A stretch of DNA of 63,991 nucleotides, counting the filler, from Ionaspis alba (lineage: Eukaryota): NCBI GenBank assembly GCA_964255285.1. It is 3 parts of 3 records of this genome, joined end to end, with 100 filler letters (N's around TTAATTAATTAA, not from the genome) between each part and the next. Parts side by side here need not be neighbours in the genome. Positions count along the whole stretch, not along the records: positions 22,729 to 45,342 come from CAXUUL010000201.1; 2 more parts are not named here. One strand, written 5' to 3'. The translations under genes and the position numbers were made by a program. Position 1 is the first letter of the stretch. The number at the start of each line of letters is the position of its first letter. The notes beneath the pieces are model-generated. The model saw nothing but the letters and a program-made list of their open reading frames with translations. It did not search any database and had not been told where the DNA came from. Shown here piece after piece: positions 23,068-36,188 of this stretch.

Positions 23068-26000
23068 CTATCGGTCTAGTGCTTGACTCTGACACTGCAC
23101 GCCTCGTTAGCTAATCTTCATACACCAGTTATTCAGTCTCTCCAGATTCAATGGTACGTACCATGCCAGCATAGACCCCACCCTTCGCCACCAATGCCCT
23201 ATGTGTCCCAACCTCAACTACTTGCCCACCTTCCCCCATCACAAAGATTATATCGGCTCTCTGTACTGTAGCTAGTCGATGCGCGACGACCAACATCGTC
23301 CTCCCTTTAGCCGCCCTCTCAAGTGCCGCCTGCACCAGCTTCTCCGAAGTCGAGTCCAGACTCGATGTCGCCTCATCGAGAAGCAGAAGATGCGGCGAGC
23401 GCAGTAGGGCTCGCGCCAGGGTGAGGCGTTGGGTTTGACCCACAGAAAGAGCAGTGGCTTTTAGACCAGGATCGGTCGAATAGCCTTCAGGAAGGGAGAC
23501 GACGAAGTCGTGGATCTCGGCTGCTCGGCAAGCTGCATGGATGTCCTCGTCTGTGATTGTGGAGGAGTCGACGCCGAGGAGAAGGTTGTCGCGGATGGTG
23601 CCTTGGAAGAGAGTTGGTTCCTGAGACACGAGTGCTATGTGTTTGCGGTAGGCGTTTATGTTGAGAGTGGAGATGGGGGTGTTGTTGAGGAGGATGGTCC
23701 CGGATTGAATGTCATAGAACCTAGTGAAGGGGTCAATATCAGCGGTAGAACAAGGAATTTTTTGGGTGGGTTAGGGAAAGAGATTACGAGCACATACCTC
23801 TCCAGCAGACTGACAATGGACGTCTTTCCACAACCTGTACTCCTGTCAATGAACAATTCTCAAGCAATCGAGCAGAGTGTAAGTCCACGGAAGGTATTCC
23901 ATACCAGAAGGACCAACCAAAGCGGCGAATTGTCCTTTTTCAATCTAGCCACCAATTCAGTCAGTCCCAGAACACGGAAGTGAGACATAGCATCACAACA
24001 TACAGTTAAGTTTAGTCCCTTGAAGACCGGAACATCACGACTAGGATATCTGAAATAGACATCCTTGAACTCGATCTTGACGCCTCCCTCAGTATCACTA
24101 ATGACCGCCGAGGAGTCGGCACCTTTAGACTTCGCGCTCGACCTAAGACTGAGAATCCTATTGGCAGCAGCGGTGGCTTGAGCCATGTTAGGAGCAAAGC
24201 TACACCACTGACCCGCAGCTTGGCCTCCTTGCACGATAGCGACGTAAATGACAAAGAACTGGACGACGTTGTATTCGTGAGTGCTCAGTAAACGTCCGCC
24301 ATACCAGAAGCACAGAGCCATACAAAGCAGATCGATGGTATCCGAGGTCGCAAAAATGAATGTTGAGAGTCTAGCCTTGATCCAAGCATCCTTCACATGA
24401 CCACGTAAGAGTAATGAATAACGATTTGTTATTGTGTCTTCGAGAGTCAACGAAGTCACGGTTCTGAAAGCTCCGATAGCTTCGGAAGCGAATTGAGAAC
24501 TTTCTGCAAATACAGCTGCATTCAATTTCTCGAACTGCAGCTCGTATCTGATCCGCATAAAGCCGGCGAGAAAAATCAATGGGAGTGCTGAGAACATGGT
24601 CACTAAGGTGAGCTTCCATCCGAAGGCGAACGAGATGGCAACGCTTCCAGATATGTTGAACATGGCGACGAGAGGTAAAGCCATGTGTGTTCCGAGAAGC
24701 TCTTGGAGCTGGGTTGGATCGGTTGACAACCTGGCTGTCAGCGTGCCGGCAGAATTCTCTTTGGCATCGTAGAACCGCATCGGCTTCTGGAGGATGTTCT
24801 CATAGTATTGTTGTCGATATGTCGTTGATATATACTATAGGAGAGACTCAGCATACGATGCAGGCATGGATTAAGGAGACTTACCACAGATATGGAATTC
24901 GATGCGAAGCCGAGGACGAAGTAGCAGATACCGACAGCAATAGCTTCCATAAAAAACATCAGCGCCCAGAAATTGGCGCCATCTAATAGCTGTTGGCCGG
25001 TGTATTGAAAAACCGCCACGATTTTTGCAAAAAGGAAGCTCTGAATAGCGAAAGCAGCTAAGTATGAGTTAGTGTTACGGTTCTCACTAGTTCAGAACTT
25101 ACGCTGTCCAGCACGACAGATCGATGAAATATGTTTGAACTCGGGTAGGGAGCTTGACATACCGCCACAGCCTGCGGCTGCAAGAACAGTTGAAAGGTAC
25201 AGACGCCAGTGAGTCTTCTGTTCGTAAAGAAGGAGCCCCACGGTTCTGATCAGCCCTTGTGGTTTGTATACCTCCTCTACGAACTCAGAATGGTCGGTAT
25301 GACCGGACTTTATGCTCTTGTTATCCTTCATAGATGGTACTCGTTCAGCCTCGAGTTCGTCGTCTACTGTAGGTGACTGCTGGTGTCTCTCGTCCATGTC
25401 AAGTTGTTGAGCATGTACTAGCCCGTAGTACACTCCGTCCTGGTTTTCCAGTAGAGTCTGATGCGTACCCTCTTCCACGATAGCGCCATTCTTGAGGACG
25501 ACTATTTTGTGTGCCTTCTTGACGGTCGATAATCTGTGGGCGATAGAAATGGTGGTACGATTCTTGGAGACTCGGTCCAGGGCTTGTTGGACAATGATCT
25601 CGCTTCGAACGTCTATAGCACTTGTCGCCTCGTCAAGAATGAGGATGGGCGGTTGTTTGATTATGCTTCGTGCGATGGCAAGCCGTTGACGTTGTCCGCC
25701 ACTGAGCTGAATTCCATTATCGCCAACCAGTGTCTGATAGCCCTGCTTGAGATTAGCTAGTGCTCGTAGAGGCTCAGTATTTCAACGTACTTTCGGGAGC
25801 CGGTCGATGAACTCGTCAGCAAAAGCCTCCTTACAAGCTTTTTTGACTAGCTCTAGCTTTGCAGCCTCATCCTCGTGTTCCCACTTCGAGCCCACTAGAC
25901 CGTAAGAGACATTGGTATATATAGTCGCATTGAAAGTGAACGGTTCCTGCTGCACCAAACCGATTTGAGACCTCCACCACTTTAAGTCCAGGCTTGAAAC

Positions 26001-27848
26001 TTCACGATTCCCAATCATAATGGTTCCAGAGTTGGGTTCAGCCACTCTGACGTCGGATTCATCATTGCTTTTGCTCGTGTCTTTGACATCCTTCTCATCT
26101 TTTGACATTTGCAATCCATCCCTGCCTGAAGTCGCCTCGGCAATGTGGTACCAGCGCTCAAGTAGGCCAACGATGGTGCTCTTTCCAGAGCCCGAAGGGC
26201 CCACGATGGCGGTCACTTGTCCGGTAGGAAATAACACACTCAAATTCCTCAAGACCGTAACATCAGGTCTGCTAGGGTACGAAAACGTTACATCTTGGAA
26301 CCTGATATCTTCGTGGGCCGAGGCTTCCGGCTCCTTGTATCCTTGCGTCTCGGGAACAGGTGTATCAATCATAGTGAAAAAGCCCGTCGAAGCACTCGCA
26401 GCTTTTGTGATCCCAATCATGGGCATAACTATGTTTCCCACAGCGGACACGACAAGGAGTACCGAGAAGAAGACACTAGGTGCTCTCAGAACAACATAGT
26501 CTGAATAAGTGAGAAAAAGAAGGCTTTACTTACGTTACCACCGTGCCCGCGCTCGCTATGTGATTGCCATTAAACAGTTGAATGCCATACCAGAATGTCA
26601 AGGCAAAATTGCAGTACGAAGCAAAGAAGGCCGGGGAGAATTGTGCCCCTGTGAGAAACGACATCTTGAGGCCCACTGTCTTGGACTTTGCTATCCATTC
26701 AGCATATCGGGAAGCTATTCGCTCCTCCGCACCACAGGCGACAATAGTCCGAATTGATCCGAAGCTCTCACCAGCAATAGAGGACGCCTTCTCATTTGAA
26801 TGTTCAATCTGACGCATTTTTTTGAAGATGAATGGAACTTGCACGCCGTATACAAGACCGATGAAGAGAAGAGCGCTGCTTGAGACGAGCGTCAAAGCCC
26901 AAGAGTAGCGGAAGGCCACTACGTAGGCAGCAACGATGAGGGCTGTAAATTGCACAAGGATAGATAATTTCTCTGAGATGCCGATCTGTATCGTGTTCGA
27001 CGAACTGGTAATCATGCTTGTGGGCTTGCCAGACGGGAGCTTGTCAAAGACGCTGATGGGCTGTACGAACAGGGCTCGAATATAAGCTAGACGTAGCGCT
27101 GCAGATATTCTGATCCCTGTGATGCGGAAGGAGAACTAATACTGTAAGCCATCATGCCATTCTCGCCACTTCCCGCTTCACACACCATGGATACGTATGC
27201 AAGGAAGAACTTCCCAATGAACAAGTAGACAATGTATAGCCTTATCGCCGAGTCAGTCGGTATGGACAATGTGCAGACAATTCGCTGCTGGATCTCCAGA
27301 AGTATAAATGAGCTCTTACGCGTTCTTGTTCACAGAGTCAAGAAACTGGTCTTTGGTGACAGTGGATCCGGGGATGAAGTAGCCATTAAAGTTCCCGACA
27401 AGATTGCCTGGTAAGACATGACGGGAAGAACATCAGCAACAAGAAAGTAGTAGACCTGATTCGAAGAAGCTGACCGAAGACGATGTTCATCAGGGGCAAA
27501 GTCTATGGAACCAATGAGCTAACGCAGCGTCAATTACAGAGAACAACATTTCGTACCACGCCAGCTCCTACTGAGCAAATAGTGGCTGCACCCATCAAAA
27601 ACCAGTCTAACGTGGTGCTGTATGACAGGATCCTCTGATTTGCGTTTCGGTATCAGCAAAGCACGCGCAGACAACGTATATATATATAAAGTAGATATGC
27701 CAACCCAGAAATTTGCCAGCTTCGCCTTGTCCAGAGCCTCTTCATCGTCTTTGGACTTCTTCGGTGCATCCTTACTGGGAGAGTCCGATGCCGGAGGAGA
27801 GGAATTGGCTCCGTCGACGGGCTTCACATCAATCGTGTGCTCGCCCAT
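23068..27848 (-). CDS. Full-length ABCB (MDR/P-glycoprotein-like) transporter, multi-exon
   Basis: TMD-NBD-TMD-NBD; NBD1 [28 protein letters not shown]2 GPSGCGKTS (spliced), [18 protein letters not shown]; last exon CQSQALDR* ends at 23068. Confidence 0.92.
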
Positions 27849-28751
27849 ATCGCCTCAATGGCCAGACTAACCAGCACTTGCGCAACGGTACAGATCACGA
27901 AACGACGAAAGAGCGACAAAAGATGACGAAAGCAACAAGGCAATAAGTAAGCACTCAAACAACAGCACACGCCATCCCTTTTAGAACACTCCAGGCAACA
28001 ACAAATGTACCTGGCAGCATTGATTCACAATCTAAAGCTTCTTTCCCCTCGAATGTCGTGCGACTGGGCACTGCAACCATTATAGTCCTTCCCTCAAGCT
28101 CACCGACTTGAAAGGATCCATCACCTGCTGCACGGGTTGGCCTGCCCCGGGAGGCTGTAGACGGCGGATAACGGATCCTGCTGCGGGATGTAACGTTGAC
28201 TGGCTGGGATCATTAGCCTCTGTATGCCCATTTCTTTGCGGTCGGTGTGCAAATGTTCCGATCATCGCTCATTTGAGCTTGACTGTAGCGGATAACTGGG
28301 AGTGACGGAAGAACTCGGGTCAAGCCCAGGTGAGGATTTGATTATCGCGGTCGAGGTGGGAGACAGAAATTGTTGCCGCGGGTGCCTCTTTAGGTGGGGG
28401 TCCCCTATTCGCCTTCCCCTGTCACACGCCGGGAACCCCTGGGGAGATTCTTGAGCTGCTAATGATACTAATAATGTGGGTGAAATGTTTCCACAGTTTT
28501 CAAGAGCACATAGATCTCAATGACTCACGTCTAGCATTCATCGACTCTTGGAGTACACCTTAAGAATATATCAATGCCACTCAAACTCGTCAGATAATTC
28601 TATGAACAAATTCATCCCGACCACAAACACATCCCAAAACCCGCTTATCCTCTGCAACAAGCAACAAAGAGCTATAGTTTAGGAGCAATCAACAGCAACG
28701 CCGACCCAATGCAACCATTCCATCCCATCCCATTCCAATTTATAGACCCAT

Positions 28752-31700
28752 CTATTCATCTACATCAACAAGCCTTCCCTTCCTCTCCGCCTTCCTCGCG
28801 CCCTCAACCAGCGTCTCAAAATCCCCACTCATCTCGCACATTCCCTTAAAAATCCCCTTCTCCTTTTTGATCAGCTCCCAAGGAGCGGCATACTCCACCA
28901 CTTCGCCCTTGTCCAGCACAAGTACTTTATCGTAGTCGATGATGGTCTGCAATCGATGTGCGATGGTGATAATGGTGCTGCCCTTGATCTCGCGCAGGGT
29001 GTCTTGGATTTTGGCGTCAGTTGCGTAGTCGATTGATGCGGTGGCCTCGTCCATGAGGAGGACGCGAGGGGATTTGAGAAGGGCACGGGCGAGGCAGAGA
29101 AGTTGACGCTGGCCTTGGGAGAGGTTGGAGCCAGATTCGGCGACCGTCGCGGACAGGTTGAGGAAGACATTTGCGTTCTCGCGATTGTTCGTCATCACCT
29201 TTGCCAGATCTTCGCCAGCATCGGATTCGGTTCGTGGTTTCGAAGATGTGTTGGGTGGTGCAAGTGTAGCAGATGGCTGCTGACTGGTGAGTAGAGCTGG
29301 TGACGGTGATTCAGACGAGGTATCGCCGATGAGATGGACACGGCGGAGGGCTGTGAAGATTTCCTCGTCTGTGAATAAGCCGAAAGGATCGAGGTTGGTG
29401 CGGATCGTACCCGTGAACAAAGTTGGATCCTGGGGGACAATGGTGATGTTCTCACGTAAGTCTTGCAATCCAATTGTTCCAATATCGACGTCGTCGATCA
29501 GGATTTGACCCTCGTCAGCTTCCAATCCTCTGAAGAGCGCCATTGCTAGTGAGCTCTTTCCAGCTCCTGTCCTACCGACGATGCCGATCTTCTCCTCGGC
29601 CATGATCTTGAAGTTCAAATGCCTCAAAACAGGGTCGAGATCGGCTCGATAACGTGTGCTGTAGTCGACAAACTCTACAGAGCCATTGCTGGGCCAGTTT
29701 CCTGGCGGTCTCTTCTCCGGAATATGCGCAGCACTCTCTTGCTCTACCTCTAAGTAGTTTTTGACTCGTTCCACATGGTTCATATTCTGTTCGTTGTCTG
29801 CGTAAAGTCGGACGAGCCAGAGGATATTCTCGTTGAACATCAACGCGTATGTCAGAGAAAGTCCAGCTGCTCCTGCATCGATTGTCCTAACACTGGACAC
29901 AACGAAGACGCCTGCAAAGAAAGACACAAGAGCTCCGGCACAATCCACTCGAAGCGCGAGCCAACGATTAGTAGCCCAGAGATAGATGAAGGGTCTATTG
30001 TGTGTATTGATCCGATTGAAGTTATCCCGTATGAAGCGACGTTCATCGCCATATGCTCGAATCGTCGTGACTCCGCTCAGTGTCTCTCCAAACTGCTGGT
30101 AAAGGGGACTCCTCTGCACAGATTCGATTCGTTTCAGGTCCCGCGATGATCTGACATAGAACATGCCAATACAGAAGTAGATCATGGTCAGAAAGATCCC
30201 AGCGATGAGGAAGCCTGGAGTAATGACCGAGATCAAAGTGACGATAGTGACAATACCGAAGAGGCATTGAAGGACACCTGCAGCTACAGGTGCAAGGTCC
30301 TGATCAATTGCTTGAAGATCTTTGGAGAAACGGTTCATAATTTGACCCAATGGAGTGGTGTCGAAGAATTTGAACTTGGCTCGAAGAACGGCCTCGAGTA
30401 ACCGAGTATGGATGGAGCGTGATGCGTTCAGTGACCCTTTGAATATAATAGCTAGCCTAGCCAGACAAATGAGTAGATAGACTATGGCGAGTAGGGCATA
30501 GACGGCAAGATAGTATGGAACATTTACGTTAGACGGCTTAGATAACGTCGAGACTCCACTGAAGTGATGCCATGGGGGCGATATTCTCCATAGTGATAGG
30601 GTCCCCGAAATGAAGCGGGACCCGTAAGTCGAGCCGGTACCGGTGAAAGTAGAAGGAGTTTCATTGAGCGCCAGTGTATGGACTTCTCGCGTCGCATATG
30701 AGTTCGCCCACGCTCGAATCCAAACATTTGTGGAGACTGCAGAGAATTGTTCGACAGTGAATGCTACAAGCAAAAGAAACCAGAAGTACCATGGTCCCAT
30801 GGATCTCAGATAAAGTCTAATGACTCGCCAGTCGACGGCTCCTTCCGCCTTGCCTTCCGTTCTGGTATTTGCATCTTCGACGTCGTCTTGGACTTTGGAT
30901 TTGGCTGCTGGATCTGGGAGTGCTCCTTTAGCTTGCCCGTTAGCTGTGTTCGGGATCACGCTGGCACCGTTAGGAATCGTGTTCTTGAGATCCGTAACAG
31001 AAGCGGCACGCGAACTGGGCTCCGTCCCAGCTTTGGACGTTGGTCTCGATTTCAAAACATCTTCACCCAAAGCACCGGACGCCATCACCTTCTCCGGCGA
31101 TCCTTGAGCGGTGATCTTGCCATTTGCCAAGACAACAACATGGTGTGCTGGAGGAACGCAAAGTGCGATATTGTGTGTGACCAGAATACAGGTGCGATTG
31201 AGCATCAGTGGACCAAGAATGCAATGCTCAAAAATGTGTTGTGCTGTATGTGAATCCACTGCACTGAGGCAGTCATCCAACAGGATGTGCTTGGAATTGC
31301 AGTATAATGCTCTTGCAAGAGATATCCTCTGCTTCTGTCCTCCTGAGACCACAATCCCCTTCTCGCCAACGAGCGTTGAGTCGCCCACCTCTAGTACTTC
31401 GAGGTCCCGTTTCAAAGCACAGGCTTCGATGACATTGTGGTATCTTTGTTCGTCCCACGGAGAAGCAAAAACAATATTTTGCTTGATAGTATCGTTGATG
31501 AGCCAGGCTTGCTGGGCACAATAGGCCACACTCTCTGTCAAGCCCGTCTCCGGATCCGGTGTGAGGTCCTCACGGCTGTGCCCGCCAGGCAATCGCACAC
31601 TCCCTTTGACGAGAGTCATTTCTCCGAGAAGTGCCATGAGTAGAGATGTTTTGCCAGATCCAGTAGCACCGGCAACAATGTTCAGTCCGCCAATGCGAAA

Positions 31701-33986
31701 GTCGATGTTAAGGTTGATCATCCGGAAAATAGTGTTGGCAGGATCAAACGCCTCTGATTTACCTGACCATGAAAATGTAGCATTTCTAAAGCCGATCCTC
31801 GACTGTTCCCCATCGTCCAGTGGTTTGAGCTGCTCGTATTTTCCGGTCTCTTCCTCATTGAGAAATTTGTCGATTCGATCGACTGACACTTTCGATTCTT
31901 GCACACGAGCTATCATGTCCGCCAATCGATCCAGCGGGTATCGAAGCAGACCGAAAAGGGACAAAGCCGTGAAAGCGATTGATGGAATAAGAGGCTTTTG
32001 CTCGACCATAGTGTACAGGAAGAAAGACAAGCCAGTGATAATGAATGGAGCCCCATACCAGACAGCTGAATCAACAAGTCAGCATGATTCTTGCCTATGA
32101 GTGGATCTGCGTATGCCATAACTTACTCGATGCTGCAGCCCAAAGAACGAACTTGTAACGTAGTGCACGAACTTCCACTCGTCGCTTCTCATCCACGTTG
32201 CTTGCAAATCTTTGTTCCCATGCAAAGTACTTGATTATGCGGATATTTTGAAGTACCTCGTTCGTTGTATGTATGCGTGCATCGGTGGAGCTCATGATCT
32301 TCATTTGGGCTACGCTGAACTGGTTCGCGAAATAGAGATTGACTGGCATCAAGCAGATCATGACGCCAATACCGGCAATAGAGCTCCAGCCGAGGATACG
32401 ATATAGAAGAGTCAAGGCTATGGCAAGATCGACAGGCACGGATGGGATGAGAAAGTGGAAGTAGGCACTGACTTCGGCGACTTTGAACGCGTCCACAGAC
32501 ATCAGGTTGATGATAGTTCCTGCATTGACCTGGGAATCTTTGCCTTCCGTGGTAGCATCTTGCTTTGGAACTTCGACTACCCTTTTCCGGCCAAAGCATG
32601 CCATGACCCTGTCCTTGATCGTCGGCTTTGACTCTGTTCCATTACTATTCTTCTTCTCGTCCTCGGCCATGTCTGTGTCAGACGTTGCTGCAGCTCTTCT
32701 TTTAAGAGTCTTAGCATACACCTCTCCAACCATAACCGCGCGGATGCGGATACAGATCTGACGGCCCAGCCACAATGCCTGACCGTCGGCCGTGGCGTTA
32801 ACACAACCCGTTACGAACAGCAGGATAACGTACAGCCAAGCTGTCGCCGCGGGGATCTCGTCGGGCTGTTCCACATATTCGAGGATGGCTTTCAGGAGAA
32901 GAGTCGGTACGAAGGTCAGCAGAGCTGACAGTAAAGCCCAGAGCTGCTGGAGCAAGAGCTCGCGTTTGAAGAACTTGATCAGTCTCCATGATAAATATGA
33001 CGTTTTCTTAATTTGGTGGAAGTCATCCAAGACTTTCGCAGCCTTGTCCTTTGGTAACAGGCTCCATACATCGGATAGTTCAAATGTCTTCCAGTATCCT
33101 TGCCACACAATTGAATCGACCCAGCTGAAAGTGCCTAGTGATAGTAGACTTGCCAGTGGCTCGTGTGATGGCTCAAGATTGTCCTCGTGCTTCAAGATCA
33201 CGGTTCGGTTTCCCTTCCTTTCAGTCAAAGCGATAATGGCAAGAATTGAAACGAGTGCGAAGTCCGTGATTAGCAAAGCTTGAGTCGGCTCCGATCGTGG
33301 ATGCACGAGGGCAGACCGGAACAATATAACAGTAAAAATCCATTGGCTGCAGTAAAGAGCAGCTGTGTGATTCCACAGCTTCGGTAAGGGATTTTGTCCA
33401 AGCTTCGGAAGGAGGAACCGCAGAAATGTCAATAGAGAGATATAGATCCATACAGACAACTTGGAAGCCGCCGCGGTCCGAGTCGACTGGCCCCGTGCTA
33501 GTATGAAGATTGCAATGTTGATTGCCACCTCTCCAAGCAATGCCAGAGATTCCAGAATGATTACGAAGAGGACTCCCCGCGGTCGGTTGATTTCTGCTTC
33601 ATGTTCACTTAATCTGCTGAGCGTCTTCTGTGAGGATAATTGGTTCTCCTCAATCCCTCCGTTGATGCTCGCAACATCGCTCAAGTCGTCATCGTCAAGA
33701 CCAACATCCTTGAAGATGCTGGCCGCGTCCTCAGAGCCATCGATAGCCTTGTATTCTTTTCCTTGACGTTGATTTGCCGGTCTGGGTATGATGTGTATTA
33801 TGACGAAGACGAGAGAGATGCCACAGGCGATGAGGGGAAAGAGGGTCTGTAGGAATCTGGGCAAGCAATTAGTAAGGGTAGAGCAATTGTAGTCATATCT
33901 TAGAAGAGAGAAATCACATACTTTTGCTGGAAGCATTGTGAAAAGTCATCGAGCCTCCATATGGGCCAACCACAACGGCCCACCAT
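28752..33986 (-). CDS. ABCC (MRP) transporter, Ybt1/Bat1-like vacuolar type
   Basis: Exon 1 MVGRCGWPIWRLDDFSQCFQQK; two introns; NBD1 GATGSGKTS, VSGGQKQR, LLDDCLSAVD; NBD2 GRTGAGKSS, LSQGQRQL, LMDEATASID. Confidence 0.92.
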
Positions 33987-35613
33987 GACCCACGTACAGT
34001 GAAGCTACAAGTTGAAGTTTTATCGAAGATAGGTAGTTCTTTGAGCATGAACACTGCACGAATTGTAATATAGAAGAAATAGGACCTGGATCAGTGGCCG
34101 CGACCGTTGGTCATGTTCAAGAAGGAAGAGCAAGAATTGAAGAATTATTGGCATCTATGTATGGGGGCGACTTCCCCAGTCCATCATCACGAACCGACCC
34201 GTTCACCGATTGCACTGTTAAGATACGGAGCTTCGGGGCGCTTTCCTAGGCGGGAGCTAAATTAATTGCCTTCTGTCATTGGCCCGAGCTTCAATGCGCA
34301 TCCCACTCCCCACGTCAAAATATTCACCTCCGCACGGTCTTCAAGTTCGGGCGTCGTTCTGGCAGCTTCAAGGCTCCAAGTCTTGACTCGATATCAGCTG
34401 AAAGATGATAGGGGTCATGTACCTATCAGAAGTGGATATGGATATTACCCCACCTCTGGTTCTATAATATGCCCAAGAATGAGTCACCCTCACCCCGTGC
34501 ATGGAGAAAAACCAATGCGACCTGCTCAAAGAAGAAAAGAGCTTCCCGATCATTCGACCTTCAGCCTCAAGTTAAAGCCGATGCATTGGACGGTGACAAC
34601 CTAAATTCTATTGTTGTTTCTTGCTTATTGGCTTTATGAATGCGTTCTTTCAAAAGTACAGTCCAGATCAACATACTCATGAATTGAGATCTGCAATTGT
34701 GGTCCTCCCCGGTCTGAGAAGATAGCATCAGACGATACTCCTGTATCACCATCACATCTGTCGAACATGAATTTCCCCCAGCGCTTGGTGCCCCGAGCAC
34801 CCCACGGCACAATCACGAGGTTACCTGCAGGACAACCTCGCGGAATGATGGGAGATTGTTCCGAACACCGGAGGCGTCAACCAGTGGTGTCCGAACATGG
34901 GACACTACTTGAGTAGACCCGCGTGCCGTTCTAACGTCCATCCATGAGGAGGTTGGCGGCCTGCCGACACAATGCACAAAGCTAGGTGGAGTTGGGCTCC
35001 AAGATGATAATCACGATCTTCTATTGCGATCATCGAGCAATCCGCGAATGTCATTGAGTATTTAGATCGGGTCTTCGAGGTCTGACCACAATACACCTTA
35101 ATCTCTTAAAAGCGAGGATTCATTCACAACGCCAGTATCAATGGTAGAGCATCTGCCATTGATGGCTAGCCGGTTCGTCTAAATCGACATTGGCGAACCA
35201 ATCGTTTGGGCAAATTGACAATTTCAAACAATGCAGCAATCAGGGTAGGACCTATGGCTAGCATATTGGTAATGCGCAGACTTTGTTCTTGGCACAGATT
35301 ATTAGCTCGTCGTGAATTCACTTCGACGTGAATCATCAACAGTCAATCGGTTGACCTCCTGACCTGCATAAACGAAGTCTCCTTTCATAACCTGCTGTCA
35401 TTCCCAACTTCTCCAACCACAATCTCCCGGGTCCACGAATAGTACCAAACTTTGAAAAAGTCATGCCAAAGTGCTCTCTGTTGCTCCGTAAAGCGTCACC
35501 CTTCCAGCTATTAACCTCATCCCATCACTGTTCTCCACTTCAGTTCCATGCGACTCAACCATCCTCAACCTCAACCTCATCTCTACTTCGTCCTTGCTAT
35601 CGAACTACACGAG

Positions 35614-35886
35614 ATGGGCAACTGTTTCTCGTCTCCCGAGGAAACCAAAGCAGGCTGGGATTCAATGCTTCAAGCCCTCCAAGCAGCCAACGATCCTCGA
35701 CAGTCCAGCAACGACAGATTGGTATTCGGGCCAATGAATACGAAGGTGAAGAAAGGTCAGACTCTCATCACCAAGCCAGAGGGGTCTGAAGTACGCTACA
35801 CCAAAGTGTATGACAAGCGTGCACGCAAGTTCAAGATCACATCCGAAAATGAGGGTTCTCTTGAGCTCGGCGATTCCGTGGAGTAA
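35614..35886 (+). CDS. 90-aa orphan protein with N-terminal myristoylation/palmitoylation motif MGNCFS
   Basis: ATG at 35614 (GAGATGG context) after a pyrimidine-rich leader; G2/C4/S6 acylation consensus; protein-like composition. Confidence 0.55.
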   Translation: MGNCFSSPEETKAGWDSMLQALQAANDPRQSSNDRLVFGPMNTKVKKGQTLITKPEGSEVRYTKVYDKRARKFKITSENEGSLELGDSVE

Positions 35887-36188
35887 ATAAAGATGCTGGC
35901 TGGTGCGCTGCGAGGGTCGAAATGTCGAACGATTGATACAAGCATAGCGAGGTTTGGAAGAGCGATGAAGATCTCTCTGAGGTGGCAATCTTGTTACCGA
36001 GGTCGCACTTGATTTTGGGGAACAATAGGAGTTGCTTGTGGTTGCTTGCATTTCTGGAATGTAAATCGGTAATCGTGCGCTCGTCAGGTTCTACCAGCCC
36101 TGGTTTAGCAATCGCGCTGGTGATGACATTGAAGATACCATGCGAGCCTTAAAAGGTGGCCTGAGATGAAAATTCACGCTACTAGCGT

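Noticed and set aside
23068..33986. Two tandem ABC transporters as a hint of a secondary-metabolite cluster
   Set aside because: No PKS, NRPS or terpene synthase in the window, and the ABCC gene is a conserved vacuolar type.
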